Shown here piece by piece: positions 44,657 through 59,760 of a stretch of DNA of 64,000 nt. Position 1 is the first letter of the stretch, and the number at the start of each line of letters is the position of its first letter. The notes beneath the pieces were generated by a model. That model worked only from the letters and a program-made list of their open reading frames with translations, did no database searches and was not told the origin of the DNA. The DNA comes from Schizochytrium sp. TIO01. Lineage: Eukaryota > Protista > Bigyra: Labyrinthulomycetes. A program made the position numbers and the translations under genes. The stretch is from NCBI GenBank assembly GCA_004764695.1, contig SMSO01000008.1:248001-312000 (forward strand). Reading direction: 5' to 3'.

Positions 44657-45928
44657 CCCGAAAGACACGCCGCCGCAAAGCAGGCGAGCGAGCGAGCACC
44701 CAAGAAAACGAACTCCCCAAAGGCAGTCAGGCCTTCTCTCTCGCGCGTTCTCCCTCTTTCGTCTCTCGTCGCTGAGCACTCTGCTTGAGGATATGTAAGA
44801 AGGAGCTTTGCTTACTTACTTAATTACTTGCTTCTGGCAGGCGAAGAGATGAGTGCAGTAAATAAAATAAAGTAAAATAAAATAAAATAGTAGTAAGTAC
44901 TTTCTCAATTTAATTAAATAGATACTTCAACTTGAAAGTACCCACTTGGACTTCCCAAAAGCTGGCTCCAAGATGGAAAGACGCCGCGCGCCCCTTTTTC
45001 TCCTTCTGCTTTTCGCTTTACTGAGGTCCAAACTGGAACCTCCTTCCTCAACCCACTCTTACTCACTTCGCTTATTGATGTCTTCCTTCGTTCATGTATT
45101 ATTTTATTTTGGTTCATCGATTCATTTAAAGCTGCTCATTTATTCATTCATTCATTTACTCATTTACTCATTTTCTTACTTTAAGCGCAAACGTATATAA
45201 ATTACACTGCTTCTCTTCGCTTTCTTCGCTTTCTTTCTTTCTTTCTTTTCCTTTTATTCGCCCAAGTTCTTGAACCATCCTCATCGCCGCCAATGAAAAG
45301 CACTCTGCGGAAAGAAAGACGCGTCACGCTATGAGCAAGGAAGGCGGCCCTCGCTTCCTGCACCGCTTTCGCCCCTGCCTGTAAACAGCCGGCCGTGAGC
45401 GCCTTTCTTGCGCCTCCGGAAAGCAAGCCAGCCAACCAGAAAAGGCAAACAGACCAAGGAACCTCGCAAAGGCCTTCTTCTTCTTCTTCTTCTTCTTCTT
45501 CTTCGACGCCTCCGTAGCTCAGCTAACCTGAGAATGTGCGTACTCTCATTCGATGCGCGACCTCCTTCCTTCCTTCCTTCCTCTGTCTGTCTCGCTTTTA
45601 TTCATACTCTCCTTTATAGCCCAACATTATGAACTTCGCAATGAAAATAAATAAATAATTAATTAATTAATTAATTAATTAATTTTAAAACGAGAAAGAA
45701 AGAGAGGCACGGGATCCCGAAGACTCAGACAGACAGGAACACAGACAGAAAGAGAGACAGAAAGACAGAAAGACAGAAAGTAAGGAAGGCAGACAGACCG
45801 GCCTGCCTGCGTAGGCCCTCGCTCCCTCCGTCTCCGCCGCCTTTCGCGCGCCTTCGAAAGGCTTTAGGGACACGCGGTCTCTTCGACTCCGCCTTTGCCA
45901 TTCCTCGGCCCTCTGACTTTTCTTTCCC

Positions 45929-45967
<39 letters not shown>

Positions 45968-47103
45968 GTCTTTCTTTCTTTCTTTCCTGTTAAAGATAAT
46001 AAGATTTCGAAGCTCCATCTTTCAGGCGGTCTTCGCTTCGTGGAATCTCGCCTCGATCGATGGCCTTCCTTCTTTCTCCGTCTCCTGCTCGCTCTCCTCG
46101 TTCTCCAGCCATGCACGATCTATCAAACCATCATCGAACACCCGTCTGCAAAGCAAGGAAGAGAGCGCCAAAGGAAAAGAGGGCCTTCGCGCAGAAGCAA
46201 GCGAGCGAACAGAGCAATTCAAGGGGAGGGGAGGAAGCCAAACGGAGATTCTCGCCAATTTTAGCTCCAATTTTAGCCCCAATTTTAGCTCCACTTTTGG
46301 CTCCAAATCAAGGGCCCACCGCGCAACTAGCACTCGATAGGCGACTCCTAGCGCACCGCCTGGAGCGACGGAGGGAAAGGGTCCCGACGACTGGCGGTGG
46401 ATGTCCCCACACAACTTGGAGGAGAAAGACTGAGAGGGAGAAAGAAGGAGGAGCCTGAAGTTCAAGGTAAGCTTGGCGAGGTGTGGTTAGGCGTATCCGG
46501 TAGGCAAGCGACACCCTCGGGGAGTCCTATCTGGGCGTATCTGGGGCTTAGGAGCGTGAGCTGGGGTTAGTTTTCTCTGCTTTTCAAGATTCTTGCGCTG
46601 TCTTCGCCTCCGGAGCGCCGGTGGCCTTTTAAGCGGCGTGGACCAAGGCTCTCCAGAGGCGATGGGCGGTGTTGTGCTCGGCGGGATGCAGCTTGCTTTG
46701 ACGGAGCGGGGCTTCGATGGGATGGATGATCCCGAAGGAGCTTGCCTTTTCAATTGGAGCAGCCTGTCTTTCACTTTCCTTCCTTCCTTCCTTCCTTTCT
46801 TCCTTTCTTCCTTCCTCCCACTTCTTCCTACGGGTCTTTCACTTGCTTTTTCAACCCATTGTGTTCAATGAACTGAGTGGATTGATTGATTGATTGATCC
46901 ATTCATTCATTCATTGACTGCCGTTCTGATGGCTCCTTGAGTGATCTTCCTGCGTACCAACGTAGCTTACCTACCTACCAGCACTACAAACGGAAGGAAG
47001 AACCAACAGGCGGCTTCATATTCTGCTTCTAGTTGTTCTTATCTTCTCCCTCTCTGCTCTTGCACTTCTTCAGGTTTGTTGCTTTCTATCTAAGAGGAGC
47101 TCG

Positions 47104-47159
<56 letters not shown>
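47104..47159. repeat. (GTT)n microsatellite
   Basis: Direct reading. Confidence 0.95.
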
Positions 47160-47160
<1 letters not shown>

Positions 47161-49099
47161 TGTTTTGAAAATGTGTTTACAGGCAGCTATCAGTACTTTC
47201 AACTTTTAAATATTGTCAATAGTAAAACACTAAACTTTTGAAGAAAGAGACTCCCAATGGTAAAAACGAAGGAAAGCGACTTGAAGCGCGCGATCGATTG
47301 CAGTCTGTCCCAATAGGCGACTTGCTAGCTCTACGTGGCGAATGACCAGATGGCGATGACTCGGAAGCGCAGGTCGCTTCGCAATCCTTGGCAGACAGAG
47401 CATCGCCTCCCTCGTCAGAGAGCAATGTCCACGGCATGTGGAAAGAAAGACGTGGAACAAACATCTTGAAAGAAAGAAAGAAAGACGCACTCGACGTAGC
47501 GCATTGAACTGGAAGATTGGGCGCTAATCTCCAAAATTTCGAACTCTTCTTTCTCTCTCTTTCCTTTCCTTTCCTTTCTTGTTTTTTAATTCATTTTCAT
47601 TTTCATTTTCATTTTTATGTTTATTTTTATTTTTTTAAATGAATCAAATCAAAAATGCAGAAGTAATGATAATAATGGCCACATCGAAGAGCAGCACTTC
47701 GATGAGAAGCACTTCGAAGAAGAAGAGAATCGATGATTACACACGACGTCGTCCTTCGTACGATGCAGACAGAGGCATATTTATGAATGACGATGTTGTC
47801 CAAAGCTCTCTCCTTGAGCCATCATTTCCTGCACTTGAAAGCCCATCTCTCTTTCATTCATGCGTAGCGGTGGCGGGGAACTGAGGAATCCTGCGATTGA
47901 GAGGCTTTTCGTTGTAGATGGCTCAAAAGCTCGATTCATTGAAACTATGTGTCATACATATCATATCCATTCATCCTTTCATTGATCAATTGACTGATCG
48001 ATTGATAGATTGAATGAATACATGAATACATGATTGAAGAAATGATGGAAGAAATGAAGAAACCATTGGATATATGAGTGTATGATTGAAGAAATGAATA
48101 CATGAATACATGAATACATGATTGATGGCCATGGTCGCGCTGACTTCGAAGTAGACAGACTGTGCCGCCGGTCTGCTTTTGGGAATGGGGACTGAACGGT
48201 GGAGGGGGAAACCCGGCGTCTGCGGGCGCGCGCTTCTCCAGCGCCACTGGGAGCTTTCAAAGCTGAGCTTGAGAGGCGGTGCCCAGCAAAACCCAGCAAC
48301 CGTCCCACAGCACACCCACATTTACCACCCTCTATACATGCATATACGCATATTCGAACTAATGTGTTCCTTCTTGAGAGCCCTGCATCGGCATCGACGA
48401 TGGAGTGTGCAGGAGTTTATGTGTGTTGATAGAAACCCATTGGCTCATTGGAAGAAATAAGTGCCATCTCCGCCCTCCCCCCATCTACTCTGAGCTCTAC
48501 AGTCGTCTTCTTCGCATTCGCAAGAAGGAGCCCATCCATCTCTCTCTTTGCTCACTGCCGAAGCTTTTCTGCACTTGGTCACTTTTTGCAAACAAAAGAA
48601 TTAAAAACGGGGCGAAGAAGTAGTTTTGTTTTGTTTTCATCGATCTGAGCTTTGAAGAAAAGCCCGCTTTTCTCACTCGGCTTTTGTAAGCCAAAAATGC
48701 CTATCAGAAAGTAGCACGTACTAGGCCGCACGCAGTCTTTCAAAGAAAGGCTCCCCTGTTTCCTTCCAGCCCCCTCTCGGCAGCTTTTTGCGCGCTACTC
48801 TCAGCCGGCGCCCCCCCAACACCACTGAGACCTAAGCTGTCAGTGGGTCAAGAGGAAGACTTTAATGAAGGCTGAGGCATTGGAGGAGACGAACGCTGGG
48901 TGGCCCCGTCGACCGGGAAACTATCCTCGAAAGTTCGAAAACAATGAAAGATCAGGAAATAATCAATGACGATGACGAAAAGCTTTGATTAGAAGAAAAG
49001 GCGCAACAATGGCAGGAGAAAAGATAAAATAAAATAGTAAAAAGATGATTCCGCTTCGAATGGAGATTAGTTTAATTCTCTAAACCAAGAAAGGGCCAA

Positions 49100-50693
<1,594 letters not shown>

Positions 50694-51357
50694 GCACACG
50701 AGAGAACAAACAGAGCTACGAAGGCAGCGGAGAAGAACTAACTGGGTGTCGCTTTCCTTTCCTGCCAGGCGAAGAAGTTGACTGCCCAGAGCCTCTCGAG
50801 ATGGCCTGCCGCATCGCCGCTCTTGTTCTATGCTCGACGGAGCGAAGGATCGATCCCAGCGCTGCGATTGGGCTCTTGAGCGAAGGAGCGCGTGGGTGTG
50901 TGCGTGCGTGTGAGGCAGTTTGCTATGGGAAATGTGCTTCTTTCTTTGGTTGGACTCGCTCTTACTTGATTTAATTCTTTACTTCTTTACTTCTTTAATT
51001 CTTTAATTCTTTGATTCTCTAATTCATTAGTTGTTGTTCAGTCAGTGTAGGCTAGAAGGAAGAACTTCAAGGAAAGGGCACGCACGGTTAAGACGATAGT
51101 TATGGTTAACGATAGGAGTTGGTGTGGCCCCGAAGGAAAGGAGTTGAGAGGAAAGGAACTTTGGAGGGAAAAGAAGAGCCTCTTTCCTTTCTTTCACTTT
51201 TTTAAATTAAAGTTTTTATGTTATTATGATGGCGGTGATCATCGTGGTAATTGAATTTATAGCAAGTTGGCTCGGAGAAGAAGAAGGAAAAAAAAGAAGT
51301 TTTCCGCTCCTTCTAAAGCGAACTAGCGAGAGCAGAAGCACAGAAGCACAAGCAATC

Positions 51358-51391
<34 letters not shown>

Positions 51392-52545
51392 TGAATGCAT
51401 GAATGAATGAAATGCTGCGTTCTTTTGGCCGAAGAGAGCCTGATGATCCAGGGATCCTCGAGTTGACCTCGTATCGAAGACAACAGAGGCTTGGTTGTTC
51501 TTTCTTCTGCACCGACACATCACACATATCAACGAGCGAAGGCGGGGTCGAAAGCAGAGAAAGCAGAGAAAGCTAGCTAGCTGCCTTTGGTCCTCTCTTT
51601 AGATGATGACAGCAATAACATCAACAATAATAACAACAACAAACACTATTATTATTATTGTTATTATTATTAAAGCTTCAAGAATGAAAATGAAGCGAAA
51701 TTGTGTGCGAAATTGTAGTAGTTGAAATACACTCAGCGCCTCTTTCAATTGCCACGCAGAGCACTACGGAGCCGCTAGCGCTTCGCCTCCCGCCAGAGGT
51801 CTTTCAGGCTGACTGACTGGCTGACTGGCTGGCTGACTGGCTGACTCTTGGAATCAACAGGGTCTGGACGCACTTTGATTGGCCTGCCTCCGCGTCCACA
51901 CGTTGTCCTCTGCAATGCATGCTGGAAAAAAGGGGTTTTCGAGGTAATGTAATTAATCTTTTGAAGGCAGGCACAATCAACCAATCAATAGGCGCAGAGA
52001 GGAAAAAGAAAAAGAAAAGGGCGCGAAGAGGACTCGAGGTAGGTAGTTAGCTAGCTAGCTAAAGAGGAAGACGCGCTCCTCGCGTTTCGAGGCCTTCGTT
52101 GTTTGGTTTTGGAGGCGAGAAAGCTCCAAGGCGAAGGACTTTGGTTTTGCCTCTGTTTACGCGCCGCCGCCTCTCTCTTTTCAGCCAATGCGCAGAAACA
52201 CGTAGCTTGCGAGATACTACGAAAGCGGCGAGTAGTCCTGATGGGTGGGGGCGTGAATGCCTTTTTCTCTTGAAACTTTATTTTTCTAAATGTATGTACG
52301 AATGTAATGTTTACATTTGTTTTTTTTAATGTATTTGTTTTTTTAATTAAGGCTATAGATATATATAGTGGTTTAAAGAAAGATGAGAATCTCCCTGGGG
52401 TGCATATGGTGTTAAGATGAATGCATGTCTTACTGCGGAACAAAGGCGAAGGTGGTGGAGTAAGCGGGGAGTGGAAAGCGTGCGAAGCAAAAAAGAGGCT
52501 TAGAGAGGGAAGAAGACTGAGAAGGGAAAGGTCGCGAAAAGAAAG

Positions 52546-52911
52546 AATGAAAAAAATGAAAATGAAAATGAAAATGGAAATGAAAATGAAAATGAAAATG
52601 GAAATGGAAATGGAAATGGAAATGGAAAAGAAAATGAAAATGAAAATGGAAATGAAAATGAAAATGGAAATGGAAATGGAAATGGAAATGGAAATGGAAA
52701 TGGAAATGGAAAAGGAAATGAAAATGGAAAAAGAGAAGTGGTGAGAAGTGAGTAAAAGTTCCAGAGATAGTGGAATGGCTGAGAGGAGGAACTGGGAAAA
52801 GAGGAAGTTTGGTGTGAGAAAGAGTGAAAGAAAGACTTCGGAAGGTCAATCAATCAATCAATCAATCAATCAAATTAAAATCAAATCAAAGTCAAATAAA
52901 TAAATCAAATG

Positions 52912-52970
<59 letters not shown>

Positions 52971-53014
52971 CTAAAATCAAATGAATCAATCAATCAATCA
53001 ACCAATCAATCAAT
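52546..53014. repeat. (RAAATG)n two-variant hexamer array (52546-52730) and (AATC)n array (52846-53014) upstream of the Myb gene
   Basis: Direct reading. Confidence 0.92.
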
Positions 53015-53554
53015 CGATTATTCGTAGCGTGATTTGTTGAAGGTTTTTGCAGAAAGGAAGGATGATTTCTTATTTATTTTTAAAAAGAAATAGTTAATAG
53101 TTCTGATCAATGAATAAGTAAATAAAAGAAAAGCTTTTACACTAGCGAGGCTTTTCACTCGGATGAGACAATCGATCGAACAATCAATCAGCAATCGTCA
53201 AACACACAATCAATCTATCTATCTATCGATCAGTCAATCGCACTTCATCAGTCCTTCGATCGACAGAGCAATCAATCTCGAAACGCAAGAACTCTCGAGC
53301 AGTCGTCGAAGGCCGAAGGATCAGCACTCGCTAGAAGAAGAAGGCGCTTTGGCTTGCAGCTTTCGCATCGCTCGCTCGCTCGCTGCGTAGTTGGGCTCTT
53401 GGTGGCGAGAAGAAGATACAAGGCTCTTTTTGACGAGCGCAAGCAACGCAAGCAAAAGACGTTTGGAAAAACGTCGCCACACACGGAAAACAGAAGCTCG
53501 CGAAGCGCCACTCGGAACAGAAGGTCCCGAGGGACCGGGACGAGCCCTGACAGT

Positions 53555-55666
53555 ATGTCATCTGATGACCGTATGGTGAAGGGACCTTGGCGCAAGGAGG
53601 AGGATGACAAGGTCGTGGAGCTTGTCAAAATTCATGGCGCGAAAAAGTGGTCTGTCATCGCCAATCATCTCCCGGGCCGTATTGGAAAACAGTGCCGTGA
53701 ACGTTGGCATAATCACCTAAACCCCAGCATTAAAAAGTCGCCCTGGACAGACGAGGAGGACCAGATCATCATCGACGCACACCACCGTCTTGGAAACCGA
53801 TGGGCAGAGATCTCCAAGCTACTGCCTGGACGCACGGATAATTCCATCAAGAACCACTGGAACTCTAGCATCAAACGCCGTATTGAACAACAAGCAGCAT
53901 CCTCACGTAACTCCTCATCCTCTTCAGCACGCAATTCCACTTCTGTGTCATATGCAAAAAAGAAAGTAAGTACCGCGATCCATGATGGCCACACCACGGC
54001 ACATGCCTCATCCAAAACGGAATCACCAACATGGCCATCCTCGTCAACATCAACGTTGTTGACGCAAACCCCGCCTGGTGTCACCACACATGAACCACCC
54101 AGATTTGAATTACCCAGCAGCTCACTGACACCGTTACCTTTTAATCGCTCGCAATTTGCACAGTCACCCTCGGCCTCCGCAGCCGCTTATTTGCGTGAGA
54201 ACAACTCTGCCATGGACTCCTCCTCCAACAACAACAACAACAACAACTCGGGAGCGTCAAGGCGTCAACAACCCTCAAACACAATGCGAACTTCTCGGAT
54301 TGGCGCAGGGGGCGCTGGCCCTGGAAGTGCTGCAAGTGCTGGTCGCAAACTCACCCTCGACACAAGCTGCTCCTATGACATGCCCCCAATTACACCAACC
54401 GTTGCAAACCCTGGAAAGCCTAATGCGTCGCCCAACACAAAAATGAAGCCCAAGAGGCACCTTCAAATCAACACCTCCGGCCTCGAGGACTTCAATTCGC
54501 CCCTGGACCTTCCGAGCGTTACGAACTCTTTTATTGCTTCGTCCCCAAGCAATTACGATGCACTTGGCCTTAGCGATCACCAGTTCGTAAACGCTTACCA
54601 CGGCAATGTTGCTGACTTTGACCAAGCCTTCTTCTCAAACAATGCAGTCTTTAGTCCACGCGCCCTCGCTTCACCGGCAACTGGCGGTAGGTTACATTCT
54701 AACAAAGAGTACCACCACTTTGCAGATGAACTTGACAACATTATTCCAGCGCTCGAAGAGTGCATGCCTTATGACGAACGCGTCCCAGACCCTTGGTCTC
54801 CACGTGCCAACGCGGAGCTCCAGGAGCTACGCAAACTTGACAGTTATGACACTTACCAGGAACCCGTGGATAGCCCCGAGGTCGAGACCATGGACATTGA
54901 GCGAAAGCGCAAGCGCCCTATCAATCTCCCCTCGCCTGTATCCACCGCTGTATGTTCACCCATCTCACCTTCCGGAAACAATACATCGAGTGCCTCGGTT
55001 TCTGAGACTTCGTGTAACACCTCGGGAGGTGTTTATAACTCAAATAGCAACAATGTCAACAGCAAGTTCGCGCCTTCGCTTACGCCAAGGCACCTTGCCA
55101 AGTCTTCAAGAGTTGGTGCCACTCCAAAGGGAGCGGCCAACATGTCTTCGGATCACATGTTTGCAGCAGCAATTCACGAAATTGAAAGCAAAAGTGCTCA
55201 TGGTGCCAACGAGACCAGATCTAATGGCTTCACCAAAAATTCCCAAGTCTCTTACAGCCAAAACGCTCGCCATCCTCAACAGCAGCAGCAACATCGTGAA
55301 TATGAAAATGATCCTACTGCCCAGAACAACACGAGTACATTGGCAAACAAAAGGGGACAAAATCTTGGCCTCTCACTCAAGACCGATGCTTCCAGCTTAC
55401 CCTCCCACATGATTGATTGCTCTACTGTTATTCCTTCTCCGCTACCAATGTCCACTCGCAGCATTGGACTTCACACATCTAAGCGCCCCCCCGGTATTGA
55501 CACCTCTGTTGGCAGTTTTTTCGACTTTGACAACTGTGCGCCCTATACGCCCTTCACTGCAAACCTGAAGAACTTTTCTCCTCTACCTTCACCTGGTATG
55601 ATAGCATACTCGCCCTCAGGTGCTGTTGCATACAGCAACCTTGATGACTTCCCTCCGCATTTATAA
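53555..55666 (+). CDS. R2R3 Myb transcription factor (c-Myb-like repeats) with long disordered C-terminus
   Basis: [88 protein letters not shown]. First ATG is 53555 (the track start is non-ATG). Confidence 0.96.
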   Translation: MSSDDRMVKGPWRKEEDDKVVELVKIHGAKKWSVIANHLPGRIGKQCRERWHNHLNPSIKKSPWTDEEDQIIIDAHHRLGNRWAEISKLLPGRTDNSIKNHWNSSIKRRIEQQAASSRNSSSSSARNSTSVSYAKKKVSTAIHDGHTTAHASSKTESPTWPSSSTSTLLTQTPPGVTTHEPPRFELPSSSLTPLPFNRSQFAQSPSASAAAYLRENNSAMDSSSNNNNNNNSGASRRQQPSNTMRTSRIGAGGAGPGSAASAGRKLTLDTSCSYDMPPITPTVANPGKPNASPNTKMKPKRHLQINTSGLEDFNSPLDLPSVTNSFIASSPSNYDALGLSDHQFVNAYHGNVADFDQAFFSNNAVFSPRALASPATGGRLHSNKEYHHFADELDNIIPALEECMPYDERVPDPWSPRANAELQELRKLDSYDTYQEPVDSPEVETMDIERKRKRPINLPSPVSTAVCSPISPSGNNTSSASVSETSCNTSGGVYNSNSNNVNSKFAPSLTPRHLAKSSRVGATPKGAANMSSDHMFAAAIHEIESKSAHGANETRSNGFTKNSQVSYSQNARHPQQQQQHREYENDPTAQNNTSTLANKRGQNLGLSLKTDASSLPSHMIDCSTVIPSPLPMSTRSIGLHTSKRPPGIDTSVGSFFDFDNCAPYTPFTANLKNFSPLPSPGMIAYSPSGAVAYSNLDDFPPHL

Positions 55667-56973
55667 ACCCGGTAAAAGAATACCGGTCTCTGCGTACATG
55701 TATTTTCATTTTTTTGTTTTGTTTAATTCTTTTCGGGAATCTTTGCTCTTTTCTTCTTGGTGCATTCTATTCTATAATGCTCTCGACGTGTCCATCTGCA
55801 TTTGCACTTGAAACAAAACCTTGTAGTAATAAAATTAGAGAGTGGCAAGGAGAAAGCATCGTCTCATTTGAGACATTTCTCTTCCTCCTACGAGGAAGAC
55901 CAAGCTATAGCTTCTCGCGCTTCAATGTTAGGATTCCAAGAATAACAGAGAAGCAGTGCCATATCTATCAATCAAGACAGGCAGGTACTGAGCGCATAAG
56001 GACACCAATTTGCTTGGTCTCATTTTATTTATTTATTTTTTATTTATTTTTAAGTAGGCTGGATCTAGTAGTTTACATAGATAGGCCTTGAATTAGCACT
56101 ACTACTGCTAACAGGTAGGACTGAAACTGGATCTGGACAAGATAAGTTGAGAGCGCTTCTTTGCATATTGCAATCGAGCTGAATGCATATTAATCCACGC
56201 ATGTTCACGTTGATGATGTCTGTTCTTAGATTCTAAACATTAGCTCAGACCCTCGACTTCCAGCTCATCTCTACGCGCATCATGCCGTAGTCTCTGTAAA
56301 TCTTCGCGAAACTCTTTATTTCTGGCTAACCTTGGAGCGAATCAGAACGCATCAGAGCGCCTGTTTTTATGTTTATACCACATCAATGATGTCTTACACA
56401 GGCGATATTAGCCTCATGAGAGTTAGGGATCCTTCCTGCTGGTAAAGTCAGCGCAGAGGAATTCACGTGGCCTGCCATCGCTGTTCCAACGCATGCGCTC
56501 TCAACATGAAGAATCTCAACTCAATCTCACAAATAGATCTAAGAACATCCTGATCCTGTTCCGTGTCCCTTACTGTCATTCGCTGCAACAAGAACGAGCA
56601 GAACTAGGTACTAACTGTAGAGAAAGAATTAGCTGGACAGTAGCTAGTAGAGAAGTAAAATCTTGGGAAAAAGAACTTGACTCAGTAGAACTGCATGGCA
56701 GGGAAGAGAAAGGATCCGTAGAACAGCAGCAAACCCGAATCGTTCTAAAGCAGAATTCTTGAGAGACAAATCCAACGCAGGAGCTTAAAGGAGGCAACAT
56801 CAGCGGCGACAGCAGTAACCAAAGCAACAGTGGTTGGATCTGCACGTGTTGGGATAAGAACTGGCGGAAGAGTGAGAAACCTCTGGTTGCAAATATCGAC
56901 TGAGAACTGGAGACAGTGAGACGCAGTGAAACCAGGGTCCATCTGAAAGTCATAGTTACGCATAAATAAGACA

Positions 56974-59760
56974 ATGTACACGGTGCATGAGTCAGTTAGC
57001 CCCCCGAGGTTTGAGCGCAATCTGCAACGCGGAATAGAGCGCGCCAAGCTCGTACTGGAGAAATCGAAAGTACCTGTGACGGTACCAGGAATTTCGCATG
57101 CTTATAATGACAAGTTTCTCTTGGTAGAGCATGCCATTAACAACGGTTTGCAAGCTCTCCTTACGTCTCTTCAGGCGCTTGGGCTGAACAACGCTTCTAT
57201 TCGCAATGCTCAAGAACTAGTGTCAAATGGCAAAGCCGTTAGCATCCGTCTTCAAGCGTCGCGCAAATGCAACTTCATCAAGACTGAGGAAACGAAAGAA
57301 GATGTGGGCTTAGAGCATTCTACTACTTTTCTGGGTGTCAAGAGCACCTCAAAGGCATCCAAGACTGTCATCAAACACAAATGGAAGCTACAACATTCCT
57401 TTCGCATCATCATGTTTCAAGGTGCCGGGCCTGAGCAGAATTCAAGTGTGGTTCTTGTAGAACGCACGGGCAATTGTGAGGTTACTACAACAGGGAAAAA
57501 GAAGATCCCTCCTGAGCCGGAAACGCACTCGTTTCCTGAGCTTAGTGTTAACATCACTGAGCTCTTTGCACACGCAAACAAGGAGACCAACTTCACATTT
57601 GCAATCGATCGGACAAAATCGTCATGCCACACACCGCGTCGTAATCAGAACGTTGACGATCTACTGGAAGCTCTCATCAACATTTCGCGCTGGTGCACTG
57701 ACGTACAACACCATCTTGAACAGCTGTTTGTTTACGTTGATAACCTGAATACGACTAGCTTCAACGATGCCTCTGACATTTTCGTCCCCGTACTTCCTGT
57801 TCTGCAAATGAATGATGGCGGAGCTTCAGGCAATGTGCTCGATTCAGACACAGAAGTCATTTTTCAGAATGAACACAAGGCTGACATTGACAAGTGGCTC
57901 AACAGTATTCGCAGTCTGCTTCCATTGCCAGATGGTGGAGAGTCCGCAGGTTTGATCACGACTCTCGAAGCATCTGTGTGCAAACTGATGCTGCACATGT
58001 ACGATATTTGCATGACTGTCTCTAGGTCTTGCGACTACGTTGAGCAATTGCTTCGCAAACAGCTGATTGACGCAATTGGCAAGGAGGTTACGCCAGACCA
58101 GATGGATGAGTATATGCAATTTCACTATAGGCGTTTGTTTTCGAGAAATGTGTTTCGTCCATTTAGCTATGATGTGAAGCGACATGGATTTGCTCCGGAA
58201 GGCTCCCTGTCCATTGCACTGCCTAACAAGGTAGACGGCGGGAAGATAGCAACCTGTGTGCAAGTTCGAATGCCAAACGATGAGGAGTACCCAAGCGTTC
58301 CTATGCACTTTAAAATGGGGGCCTCGACTTCCGTAGAGCTGCAAGGCCCACAATTCTGTCATGGGTATATGACACACCGTTTTAGTGATTCGTCAAATTC
58401 GGAGGTGAGTTTGATTGCTCGAACTCGTCAATTCGGTAGTTTCGTTGTGATGATTGGCACAATCGTTGCAAAGGATGAGTTCGCTCCGAAGCATGCTATT
58501 GTGCTTCAGAATAAGGACTGTGCTATCATTCCTCTGCTTCTGGAGCCGTTGCCCTCTGCAAAGAAATTCCGAGACTCCATTGAGAGTTTGTCGCCCGAGC
58601 AGCAAGAGTTTGCCAAAGCCATGCGGCAGATGCAGCTCGCAGGCACTCTTTTTGCTGTCACAGTTGTGGAGATCAAACCTCAGCTCGAGCTGCTGCTCGA
58701 TCTTGACCCTGGATCGCTAACGAAGCAAATTGAGCTGACTCAAAACCTTATGAAGCTTTTCATTGATTATCAGATTCCATGTGATATGGTCACGTTTGAA
58801 GGCGCCGTCGATGCAAGTTCGGCAGATAAGATTGCAGCAGTGAAAGGCAATGTTGAAGCCTTGCTCAACATGATGAGTGAGAGTCAAAAGAGAGTCAAGA
58901 AAGAGGTTGATATTTATAATATAGTTGCTGAACTAACTGATGAAGCACCCATAGATTTGAGTGTGTTTGATGCTAGTTCTGGTGTTGGGTGTTCATCAAG
59001 AAAACGAAGGGTGGAATGCTCAGATATTTCGGCAGAAAGATATTTGCACAGGCCTGTCAAACGTACAGAACGTGCCCGCGAAATAGAACAGAGAAGATCT
59101 CTTCGAGTCGCTTCCAAGAGGGTTGATCTTGTAGCTATGGCTAAGGCTAAGGCAAAGTCCAGTTCAAGCGGTAGGGAAACTCAGCCACGGTGTCGATCTC
59201 TAACTTTACCACATAAGCAGCAGGAGCCGAATGATGTACCGGATGAACCAGGCGCTATGGATCTCTCAGGAGACTTCCAGCAGGGTAAGACAGAGTCAAC
59301 TAACATTGACTACACACAACTCCCGTCTCTCATGGATGCCAAGTTTGAAGCTCTCGACACGAAGGCCCAACTTCGTCCTACGAAAATCAAAGTAGGAGAC
59401 ACCGTCACTCTTGAATCTTATGACTCCCCATGGATGACCCGGTCAAAGAGTACTTTGCGCTTGTCTGCTGATGTCCTGCGGGACGAGAAGAACATGGCCA
59501 TGGACCTTCTAGATGCAATTTCACGATCTGGGGAGCTTCCGTTGATCCAAACACAGTTGCATATCGTGATTGCAAGCACGCATTGTTTTGACTCGACCAT
59601 TCTCGACACTCTCATCAAAGAAAACGTGAATCCGATTGCTCGCGTTGAGCACTCTTCGTTGCTGATTGCAACTTCGATTACCGGGGAGTCTGCATCAGAT
59701 TTGTTGGCAGTATCTCATCGCCAGCGATTGAAGGAAACATCACCAGGGTTGTTTGAGTAG
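56974..59760 (+). CDS. Hypothetical protein, 928 aa, globular-looking, no family assigned
   Basis: Long ATG-initiated ORF with normal protein composition. Confidence 0.85.
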   Translation: MYTVHESVSPPRFERNLQRGIERAKLVLEKSKVPVTVPGISHAYNDKFLLVEHAINNGLQALLTSLQALGLNNASIRNAQELVSNGKAVSIRLQASRKCNFIKTEETKEDVGLEHSTTFLGVKSTSKASKTVIKHKWKLQHSFRIIMFQGAGPEQNSSVVLVERTGNCEVTTTGKKKIPPEPETHSFPELSVNITELFAHANKETNFTFAIDRTKSSCHTPRRNQNVDDLLEALINISRWCTDVQHHLEQLFVYVDNLNTTSFNDASDIFVPVLPVLQMNDGGASGNVLDSDTEVIFQNEHKADIDKWLNSIRSLLPLPDGGESAGLITTLEASVCKLMLHMYDICMTVSRSCDYVEQLLRKQLIDAIGKEVTPDQMDEYMQFHYRRLFSRNVFRPFSYDVKRHGFAPEGSLSIALPNKVDGGKIATCVQVRMPNDEEYPSVPMHFKMGASTSVELQGPQFCHGYMTHRFSDSSNSEVSLIARTRQFGSFVVMIGTIVAKDEFAPKHAIVLQNKDCAIIPLLLEPLPSAKKFRDSIESLSPEQQEFAKAMRQMQLAGTLFAVTVVEIKPQLELLLDLDPGSLTKQIELTQNLMKLFIDYQIPCDMVTFEGAVDASSADKIAAVKGNVEALLNMMSESQKRVKKEVDIYNIVAELTDEAPIDLSVFDASSGVGCSSRKRRVECSDISAERYLHRPVKRTERAREIEQRRSLRVASKRVDLVAMAKAKAKSSSSGRETQPRCRSLTLPHKQQEPNDVPDEPGAMDLSGDFQQGKTESTNIDYTQLPSLMDAKFEALDTKAQLRPTKIKVGDTVTLESYDSPWMTRSKSTLRLSADVLRDEKNMAMDLLDAISRSGELPLIQTQLHIVIASTHCFDSTILDTLIKENVNPIARVEHSSLLIATSITGESASDLLAVSHRQRLKETSPGLFE

